A DNA stretch of 64,000 nucleotides from Octopus sinensis (lineage: Eukaryota). Location of the stretch: assembly GCF_006345805.1 (NCBI RefSeq), contig NC_042998.1, positions 154,194,001-154,258,000 of the forward strand. Reading direction: 5' to 3'. Shown piece by piece: positions 13,420 through 23,124 of the stretch; position 1 is the stretch's first letter, and the number at the start of each line of letters is the position of its first letter. The position numbers and the translations under genes are program-made. The notes beneath the pieces are model-generated. The model was not told the DNA's origin, made no database searches, and saw only the letters and a list, made by a program, of their open reading frames with translations.

Positions 13420-13870
13420 CTGCCCCACTAAGTCCCATGACATACATCCGCTGATGGGAAATAACATCATTAGGTGAGACTAAACGGTCGTTTAGAAAAA
13501 GCGCGGGCTAAAACTACGCACCTTCACTAGTCAGTTAAGGTGAGACAGTGTCACGTGACAACTTGCTGGGGCTGCCTGCTGGAGCCTATGTGGCAGGTAT
13601 TTAAAGAGAGAAATTTGACAAGACAGTCAGTCACCGGCTGACACTCACTGACGATACATCGAAGAGGCCAGGGAATAGAAGAAAGGAGACATGCACTCAA
13701 CACCAGAGCTGAAGACACCGCCGAAAGGGGGGGGGGCACCACGTCAAAATGGTAGAGGAGTAGGGGCCGAAACCGGACATGGTTCCTCCTGATGATGTCT
13801 TGAGCTAACTGAATCCTATAAAGGAGCTGTTGTGGTAGCAGACCACGAAACACGGTTGTAATTCCTATGT
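13420..13870 (+). other. Unclassified GC-richer, CpG-containing segment (LTR- or Penelope-pLTR-like)
   Basis: Abrupt composition shift; E-box palindrome at 13549-13560, TATTTAAA near 13590, hammerhead-like fragments at 13789-13860. Confidence 0.35.
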
Positions 13871-14288
13871 AAACCTATATTGCTTTCTAACATAGACTAA
13901 GGAAACAAGACACAAAAAAATTTTCATGACAAAATTTTAAATTGGACCAGTCAAAAAATCATGCATTAACTTTTTCCAAAACCAGTTATTGAAGAAGTAA
14001 TTACTTAAACAAATTTCTTCATAGCAAATATTAATTTCAGGTAGCTGTAAAGGTTATAGATGTTATTTATTTTATTATAAATAAAAAGAGAAAACAATAT
14101 ATTTTATTTACTAAATGGCATCTGCACAAATTTGAGGTTGATGCCCATCTGTTTCAACATCTGATCAAAAATATTTTAATGAAATTTTGACAATCAGTAA
14201 TGATAACATTTAGATTAAATCAGAAATAAATTTTTTAAAAAGTCATCATTCAAAAGTAGAACTGAACATGCCTATTGCTAAAATAGAG

Positions 14289-14977
14289 CTATAAAGGCTG
14301 GGAGTTACATAAAGTTCTTAATGTCATATCTTTATAATTAAACTGTGGAGTTTCCAGTGGAGTAAGTACTTCATCAACATAAGTTTGATACTCATTGGCA
14401 GTTGTTTTCTTGGATTTAATATCAAGCTTTTTCTCCAGGTTTTCAATTTTAAGACGTAACAGTTCATTTTCTTCTTGGTAACTTTCCAGACTTTTTTGTA
14501 AGGATTGGTAATTTTCCACTTCTTTTAATAGTAATAAAATATGCTTGCGGAGATCCTCATTTTGAATTTGCAGTTCTTCAATAACTTGCTTGTCATCTTT
14601 TGGCATTTTGGTCATAACAGGTTGTGCTGGAGCATGAATGCGAGAATTTATACAATCAGATAAAGTATCTAAGTTTTTAGCTGCATGAGACTGGTTTCGA
14701 CTTACGAGATACTGAATTAAAGAATCATTTTCTTCAATAGTACGATAAATAGTGACAATACGGGGTTCAAAATCAGCTTTTGGACTATTTGGTGTACTCT
14801 GAGGTAATCCTGAAGTAGCTGAATGAGAAGGATCTGATTTCTTTAAATCTTCTTGCTGGGCATTCTTTTCTTTCCGTCGAATTATTTCTTGTTGTCGATT
14901 ATGGTGACAATGCTGTAGTTGGAGTGAATCTTTTGCTTGTTCCGAATTTACTTCAGACATAGCCTCTAATACACACT
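14289..14977 (-). CDS. NRBF2: Nuclear receptor-binding factor 2 (Atg38 ortholog), terminal coding exon
   Basis: ECVLEAMSEVNSEQAKDSLQLQ matches the end of the NRBF2 MIT domain (human AYLSEAMKLTQSEQAHLSLELQ); KMPKDDKQVIEELQIQNEDLRKHI matches the coiled-coil motif KAPKDDKTIIEEQ..DLKRHV; LTPLETPQF is C-terminal. Acceptor ttattttgcag|AG at 14978/14977 is phase 1, as I recall for the vertebrate intron at this position; TAG at 14289-14291. The ORF-track start at 15020 is intronic. Confidence 0.9.
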
Positions 14978-15329
14978 CTGCAAAATAAGCCATAAGGATA
15001 AATTCATAAGTAAAAAACATTGATATGATTGACAGAAAGGTAAATAAATATATATGGACATGGATGTAGTTAGGACTTTAATCTTACTGAATTGCATAAA
15101 TTATTTTCTATCATAAATTGCAATACAATAAAGCACTCTGAGGTAGTTTTAAACAAAACTGTGTAAGAGATATTTAATTAATATATATTTAGTGTAATAA
15201 CAACATCACCATCAGTCTTCTCGTCTTCCTCTTACTCTCCCCCTTCTCCTCTTATTCTAGGTTTCTCACTTACTACCATGATAACCCACTCCACTCTCTC
15301 TCACACAACGCTGAACTTAACATTAAATT

Positions 15330-16350
15330 TTTAACATCTTAGATAAACACTTTACCCCGTCCCACCACCTTATGCAATACCAATTCTTCACTTTAAGAAA
15401 CCTACAATCTAAAAAGAATTAGCAATTGAACATCTTAGTAACACCACATTATACAAAAAAGTGTACATCACACCTAGTCAGCTTGGGATTACTATTAACA
15501 CTAACTGGACCAACATTTTTCACAACAGAAAGTTCTCTAAGAAGACTAAACTTAATTTCGCAACAAAAAATATTTCCCTCCCCTCTTTTTATCATCATCA
15601 TCATCACCACCATCTTTTAACGTCTGCTTTCCATGCTGGCATGGGTTGGAGGACTGGTAAGCTAGGAGGCTGCACCAGGCTCCAATGTGATCTGGCAAGG
15701 TTTCTACAGCTGGATACCCTTCCTAATGCCATCCACTTCAAGAGTGTAGTGGGTGCTTTTTACATGCCACTGGCACAGGGGTCAGTCAGGCAGCATTGGC
15801 ATCAACCATGCTTAAATGGTGCTTTTTACATGCCATTGACATGGGAACTAGTTAGGCGACACTGGCATTGACCATGCTCAAATGCTGCTTTTTATGTGTC
15901 ACCAGTACGGGAGCCAGTCAGGTGGCACTTGCATCGACCACACTCAAATGGTGCTTTTTACATGTCACTAGCACAGGTGCAGTCAGGCGGCATTGGCATC
16001 GGCCACAACTATAATTTCATTTGACTCAACAGCATATTGCTTAACGATTGAAGGGTACTTTTCAACAGATCAGTTATGTGACACTGGCATTGGCCACAGG
16101 TTCGATCTCACTTAGCTTGCTGGGTCCTCTCAAGCACAGCATATTTCCAAAGGTCGTGCTTCACCACCTCACCCCATGTCTTCCTGGATCTACCTCTTCC
16201 ACAGGTGGCCTCCAATGATAGGGTATGACACTTCTTCACACAGCTGTCCATACAGACTCATAAACCTAGGCCCAAACTTAAAATCAGACCTATAGTCTCA
16301 GGAATTGATGGTCTTTATAAATTTTTTGGCTTCTAAACTCCTCGAACCTT
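15330..16350 (+). mobile_element. Penelope-like RT fragments (about 15330-15590 and 16255-16350) split by an RTE insertion
   Basis: IEHLSNTTLYKKV.. and HKPRPKLKIRPIVSGIDGLY (the RPIVS motif is typical of PLE RT). Confidence 0.5.
15596..16250 (-). mobile_element. RTE LINE 3' end with (CAT)n tail and 3'UTR minisatellite
   Basis: catcatcatcatcac..ttaacgtctgctttccatgctggcatgggttgg; about four diverged ~57-bp units at 15765-16010. Confidence 0.85.
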
Positions 16351-16354
16351 TACT

Positions 16355-17000
16355 CTATCCCTAATTAGTTGGGCTATGGACCTCTCCATGACCTTCATTA
16401 CCTGCAGCTGTCTTACCAGAAATATAGCATCAATGGTGCAAACCCAAACTGCATCTCATCTAAACTGACTCTCTCCCTAATTAGTTAAGCTATGACTCTC
16501 TCCGTGACCTTCATTACCTGATCCAACAACTTGACACCTTTGTAATTATAATACACACTCTGCAAAATAAGCCTTAAGTGTCACCTTTACCTGTGTAGCA
16601 GTTGACTATTATGCTGCTACACCAGTCATTGGGTATGACTCCTTCATATATCACCTGGTTAACTATATGGGTAACTAGGCTATAGCCGACACTGCCAGAT
16701 ATTTTGAGCATCTCTGCAGTAATTCCTGATGGGCCGGGGGCTTTTCCTGTCTTTATACTCTTAATTGCCTTATCTACCAAGGTACTGTCAACTCGGATAG
16801 CTGGTCCCTCTGTTGGGTCGACATTCAGCAGACTCTCTATCTCCCATTCATTTTCTTTATTGAGCAACCTTTCATAGTGGCATCTCCAAACCTCTCTCTT
16901 TGCAGCCTCGTTTAGTGCAAGTGAACCATCATCCATGCAGACACATTTCTCTCCTATAACATCACAATTCTCTCTCACACACTGTCTTGAAACACCTCAA
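16355..17000 (-). mobile_element. RTE LINE RT-proximal fragment
   Basis: ORF 16574-16978: WRCHYERLLN..KTGKAPGPSGITAEMLK..IPNDWCSSIIVNCY. Confidence 0.85.
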
Positions 17001-17011
17001 AATGTTTACAA

Positions 17012-18495
17012 TTGGAATGTGTTATTGTTCCAGTTCAATACTCTGATTGGGCAGCTCTCATTGTACCAGTGATGAAGCAGGATGGCTCAGTGCGCATTTG
17101 CAGAGATTATAAACTTACAGTCAACCGGTCAACTGTTTTAGACAAGCACTTGTTACTTAAAATGGAAGAAATGTATGCAACTCTGCCTGGAGGCCAAAAG
17201 TTCACAAAAATCGATCTCAGTCATGCATATTCCCAGATGCTTATTCTTGTGCTTGCACTACAATTGCTACCCATATTGCATTGTTTCAATTTACTAGATT
17301 ACCATTTGGAATTAATACAGCCCCAGGAATTTTTCAATGCATTATCAACAACATTGTTAAAGATGTACCATGGGCTTGTGCATACCTAGATGATTTACTA
17401 ATCACCGAGCATTCTGATGATGAACATCTTCATACATTATCTATCATACTTGCTCATCTTCACAAAAGCGGATTAAAACTGAAGAACAAATGTGAGTTTT
17501 TTTTTTATTCTGTTTGTTATCTTGGTTATCAACTTAATAAAGATGGTTTGCAAATTAGGAGTGATTAAAGTGCAGTCTATTTTAAATGCACCAGAACTTA
17601 AAAACAATAGTGAGTTAAGATCATATGTAAGAATGTTATCACATTATTGTCGTTTTTTACTAAATATTTCAACTGTGTTGATATCCTTATATTCCTCATT
17701 GCGTAGAGATTCCTTTGGGGGTGGAATGTTACTTACTAGTTCATCTGTACTTGTGCATTATGATCTGCATGAAACATTTAATGCTAGGTGTGGCCCTTTG
17801 TCATCGAATGAACGGCAGTACTGTTTGTCCTGTAGCTTTTGCCTCATGTACTCTGTTACCAGCTGAAAAGAACTATTCTCAGTTGGACAAAGAAGCACTT
17901 GCAATTTTATTTTGTGTCAAGTAATTCCATTAATATATTTCGTCGTTTTGAAATTTATACTGATCATAAACCTTTGATTGCACTACTTGGAGAAGAGTGG
18001 AGTATTCAGCAAGTGTGCTAACCAAGAATGCAGAGATGGGCTTTGATGTTAAATGCTTATAGTTATAGTATGTATTACGTTCCTGGGACTAAGAATGTTA
18101 CTGCTGATGTATTGAGTCGTTTACGCTTGACTTCTTTGTTACACAAAATTGAACAACCAGCAGAAGTGGTACACATGATGCAACATTTTAGCAGCACACC
18201 TATCTGAGAATAGGATATACTTTGACTAACAGACAAGAATCAAATACTGTCCAGTATCAAACATTATCTTTTAAGAGGGTGGCCATCCAAAACAAGTCTA
18301 GAATTAAAACCATTTTTACAGCGTAAAGATGAACTGAGTCTGCACAAGGGTTGTATATTTTGGGGTCTTCGTATAATTGTACCCCTTAAATTAAAACAAT
18401 AATTGCTTAATGAACTGCATGATACTCATCCAGGCATAAATCAAATGAAAGCATTATCTTGAAGCTACTGTTGGTGGCCCAATTTGGATGCTGAG
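17012..18495 (+). mobile_element. Gypsy/Ty3 pol relic (RT, RNase H, start of integrase)
   Basis: WAALIVPVMKQDGSVRICRDYK, FTKIDLSHAYSQ, RLPFGINTAPGIFQ, YLDDLLI, EKNYSQLDKEALAI, FEIYTDHKPL, and an ELHDTHPG-like H2C2 start. Confidence 0.9.
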
Positions 18496-18499
18496 AATC

Positions 18500-20440
18500 G
18501 TAATGTCACAGGAGAGAAATGTGTCCACATGGATGATGGTTCACTTGCATTAAACGAGGCTGCAAAGAGAGAGGTTTGGAGATGCCACTATGAAAGGTTG
18601 CTAAATAAAGAGAATGAATGAGAGATAGAGAGTCTGCCGAATGCTGACCCAACATAGAGACCAGCTATCTGAATTGACAGTACCTTGGTAGATACAGCAA
18701 TTAATGGTATGATGACAGGGTAAGCCCTCGGTCCATCAGGAATCACCGCAGCAATGGTCATAATATCTGGGAGTGTCAACTATAGTCTAGTCACCCGTAT
18801 AGTTAACCAGGTAATACACAAAGGAGTCATACCCAATGACTGGTGTAGCAACACCATAGTCAACTGCAACAAAGGTACAGGTGACGTTTTCGATACAAAT
18901 AATTACAGAGTTATCAAGTTGTTGGATCAGGTAATGAAGGTCACGTAGAGGGTCATAGCCAAACTAATTAGGGAGAGAGTCAGTCTAGATGAAATGCAGT
19001 TTGGGTTCGTGCCAGGAAAAAGCACCGTTGATGCTATATTTCTGGTAAGACATCTGCAGCCAAAGATAAACCTCTGTACCTGGCATTCGGTGACATGGAG
19101 AAAGCCTCTGACAGGGTCGCCCGATCACTTATCTGGTGGTCAATGAGGAAACTAGGGATAGATGAATGGTTAGTGAGAGCTGTGCAAGCCATGTACAGGG
19201 ATGCTGTCAGTAAGGTGAGATTGGCAATGAGTACAGTGAAGATTTCTGGGTAAGGGTAGGAGCCCACCAAGGATCAGTCTTCAGCCCCCTCTTATTCCTC
19301 CAAGCAATAACAGAGGAATTCAAGACAGGATGCCCCTGGGAGCTCCTCTATGCTGATGACCTTGCTCTAATAGCTGAGTCACTATCAGAATTAGAGGAAA
19401 AATTTCAGGTCTGGAAGCAAGGATTAGAATCAAAGGGCTTTAGAGTCAACCTAGCTAAAACCAAAGTCTTAATAAATAGGAAGGCAGACAAACCACAAAT
19501 CCCTCCAGGTAGATGGCCCTGCTCAATCTGTAGAAAAGGTGTAAGTAGAAACTCCATAAGATGTACCCAGTGTAAGCTATGGACACATAAGAAGAGCAGC
19601 AATAACAAAGGAAAGTTAACTGGGAAGATAGTTTGTTTCTTTTACATGGCAAATGCTCAGGTGCAATAAACACTGAAAATGTGCTGAGAACAGCTTCTGT
19701 CACATTCCAAGAAGAAAAACTACAAGTAGTTGATAGCTTCTATTACCTAGGCGACCAAGTCAGTAGCAGGGGTGAATGTTCTGAAAGTGTAGCTCCTAGA
19801 ATAAGAATAGCCTGGGCAAAGTTCAGAGAGCTCCTCCCTCTGCTGGTGAAAGGGACTATATGATGCATGTGTATGAATAGCCATGCCACATAGCTGAGAA
19901 CATGCGTAAGCTTGCAAGGAATGAAACCAGCATGCTCTGCAGGATGTGTAATGTCAGTGTGCATACTCAACAGAGTGTAAGGAACTTGAGAGAAAAGTTG
20001 GACCTAAGAAGCATCAGATGTGGTGCGCATGAGGACAACTGCACTGGTATTGTCGTGCTGTGAATGAATGAGGACAGCTGCATGAAAAAGTGTCACACCC
20101 TAGCAATTGAGATAACCTGTGGAAGAGGTAGACCCAGGAAGACCTGGGATGAGGTGGTGAAGCATGACCATCAAACATTAGGCCATACCAAGGCAATGAC
20201 TAGTGACCAAGACCTTTGGAGAAATGCTGTGCTTGAGAAGACCTGACAAGCCAAGTGAGACCATAACCCATGGCCTATGCCATTGGGTGTAACCAGCCCA
20301 CTTATGAGTACTCTTCATTCATTGGACAATAAACTTTGCTTGTGAAGACCTGTTGAGGCAAGTGAAATCAAAATCAAAATCGCTGACATGAGTTATGACA
20401 GTACCGCCTGATTAGCTCCCATGCTGGTGGCATGTAAACA
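18500..20440 (+). mobile_element. RTE LINE, 5'-truncated 3' half
   Basis: RT motifs (QFGFVPGKST, LLYADDLAL), zinc-knuckle-like CSICRKG, RGRPRKTW, and the family 3'UTR. Confidence 0.9.
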
Positions 20441-20676
20441 CACCAGCATTGGTTGTCAAACGATGTTGGGGGGACAAACATAGAGACACATATATGCACA
20501 TGTATACATACATATAAGACAGGCTTCTTTCAGTTTCCGTCTTCCAAATCCACTCACAAGGCTTTGGTCAGCCCGAGGCTATAGCAGAAGACACTTGCAT
20601 AAAGTGCCATGCAGTTGGACTGAACCTGGAATCATGTGGTTGGTAAGCAAGCTACTCACCTCACAAACAGTCTGCA

Positions 20677-20678
<2 letters not shown>
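20440..20678 (-). mobile_element. tRNA-derived SINE
   Basis: Head at the right end (minus: agtagcttgcttaccaaccacatgattccaggttcagtcc); same family as 58530-58850. Confidence 0.7.

Positions 20679-20738
<60 letters not shown>
20679..20738. repeat. Perfect (TA)n microsatellite
   Basis: About 30 uninterrupted TA units. Confidence 0.95.
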
Positions 20739-20740
<2 letters not shown>

Positions 20741-20856
20741 TAAACAAGAAGGGTAGTAATATTATTTACTACCAGGTGCCCAGCACAAAAGACGAATTAG
20801 TCATAAGACAAAAATATTATTCATATAGAAAAATATTATTCATGTAGTTATACAAT

Positions 20857-20923
20857 TAAGGGCTCCTAAATTAAGATGCCGAGTGCTGTTCCCAGCACTC
20901 GGCATCTTAATTTAGGAGCCCTT

Positions 20924-20924
<1 letters not shown>
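20857..20924. repeat. Perfect 32-bp inverted repeat with a 4-nt loop
   Basis: taagggctcctaaattaagatgccgagtgctg-ttcc-cagcactcggcatcttaatttaggagccctta. Confidence 0.95.
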
Positions 20925-20958
<34 letters not shown>

Positions 20959-21139
20959 CATACATATATATACATATATATACATATACATACATATACA
21001 TATACATACATATATATATATACATATATATAAATTCAGGGTGAATACTTGATAAATATAAGCACCTGTATATGCCAGCTAGTAGCATAGGTGAGAGGAT
21101 ATATGTGACAAATGAAATAAATGAAAAACACGACACAAA

Positions 21140-21480
21140 GGATGTTGCGGTACATATGTTTCGAGCTTTATAGAACAACTTATTCTTACATCAATGTATA
21201 ATCGACTTAACAGATAGTTCAAAAGCCCTCTGCAGCCACATGCAACTGTTACTCCTAAGACTTGTATCACATTACGAAAGGTTTCAGAAAAAACATTTGG
21301 TATTGTTTATAATGGTAGGTAAACTGAGTATGTATTTTCTCAAACCTTTCATAATGTGATACAAGTCTTTCGTGTAGCAATTGCATGCGGCTGAAGAGGA
21401 CATAATCTGTTATGTCGATTATGCATTCATGTAAGAATAAGTTGTTCTATAAAGCTCGACACATATGTATCGCAACATCC
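21140..21480. mobile_element. MITE-like imperfect inverted repeat ending at the gap
   Basis: ggatgttgcggtacatatgtttcgagctttatagaacaacttattcttacat pairs with atgtaagaataagttgttctataaagctcgacacatatgtatcgcaacatcc; arms about 130 bp. Confidence 0.7.
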
Positions 21481-21580
21481 NNNNNNNNNNNNNNNNNNNN
21501 NNNNNNNNNNNNNNNNNNNNNNNNNNNNNNNNNNNNNNNNNNNNNNNNNNNNNNNNNNNNNNNNNNNNNNNNNNNNNNNN
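21481..21580. other. Assembly gap (100 N, size unknown)
   Basis: Run of n. Confidence 1.
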
Positions 21581-23124
21581 CTCGCGCCAAATTTATCGGC
21601 AGCAAATAAATATAAGCCGTCGATTCCATTACGGAATTAACCAGAAAATTCATAATTAATCAATATAGGGTGGTGAAAAAATTTTGTAGAATTCTTTTGC
21701 CACCAGCGGCCTAGTGGGAAAAAATTAAATAGTCATAGACCATTTTTAAGTTCAACATCAACAATCAAGGAACGGCCATAATAGGCCATTCACCCACTAG
21801 AAATAACAGCCAAAGCTTCAACCGCAAATAAAGATCAATTCCGTAAACAGGAGAAAATTTAAAAAAACATTTACCCTGTAATTTCTTGTACGATGCACCG
21901 TTTCGTCTGCTGTTTAATGGTAAACTAACCTGATTAAATTAAATCAAGCCAATCTTCCATAGGCCCTCAGATTCTTCAGCAAGAAAAAGCCAAGTCGGAA
22001 CAGATATTTTCACGAGGCATTTCCGACCCTGCCAAGGCAATATCTGACCTAAAATTTTCAAATCGTCGCACTCGCGCCAAATTTATCGGCAGCAAATAAA
22101 TATAAGCCGTCGATTCCATTACGGAATTAACCAGAAAATTCATAATTAATCAATATAGGGTGGTGAAAAAAATTTTGTAGAATTCTTTTGCCACCAGCGG
22201 CCTAGTGGGAAAAAAATTAAATAGTCATAGACCATTTTAAGTTCAACATCAACAATCAAGGAACGGCCATAATAGGCCATTCACCCACTAGAAATAACAG
22301 CCAAAGCTTCAACCGCAAATAAAGATCAATTCCGTAAACAGGAGAAAATTTAAAAAAACATTTACCCTGTAATTTCTTGTACGATGCACCGTTTCGTCTG
22401 CTGTTTAATGGTAAACTAACCTGATTAAATTAAATCAAGCCAATCTTCCATAGGCCCTCAGATTCTTCAGCAAGAAATAGCCAAGTCGGAACAGATATTT
22501 TCACGAGGCATTTCCGACCCTGCCAAGGCAATATCTGACCTAAAATTTCAAATCGTCGCACTCGCGCCAAATTTATCGGCAGCAAATAAATATAAGCGTC
22601 GATTCCATTACGGAATTAACCAGAACATTCATAATTAATGCAAATTCAGGGTGAGTGAAAAAATTTTTATAATTCTTTTTGCCACCGACGGCTATGGGAA
22701 AAATTAAATATTCATAGCCAATTTTTAGGTTCAACATCAACATCCAAGGAACGGCCATAATATGCCTTCACCCACTAGAAATAACAGCCAAAGCTTCACC
22801 GCAATAAAGATCAATTCCGTAAGACAGGAGAAAATTTAAAAAAACATTACCCTGTAATTTCTTGTACGATGCACCGTTTCGTCTGCTGTTAATGGTAAAC
22901 TAACCTGATTAAATTAAATCAAGCCAATCTTCCATAGGCCCTCAGATTCTTCAGCAAGAAATAGCCAAGTCGGAACAGATATTTTCACGAGGCATTTCCG
23001 ACCCTGCCAAGGCAATATCTGACTAAAATTTTCAAATCGTCGCACTCGCGCCAAATTTATCGGCAGCAAATAAATATAAGCCGTCGATTCCATTACGGAA
23101 TTAACCAGAAAATTCATAATTAAT
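21581..23124 (-). repeat. ~490-bp satellite, left block (~3.1 units), reverse orientation
   Basis: Units are the reverse complement of 23125-27037; the third unit is noisier. Confidence 0.95.

Noticed and set aside
14978-15020. ORF-track N-terminus MFFTYEFILMAYFA of the 243-aa ORF
   Set aside because: It lies upstream of a good acceptor (ttattttgcag) and is intronic; NRBF2 similarity starts at ECVLEAM.
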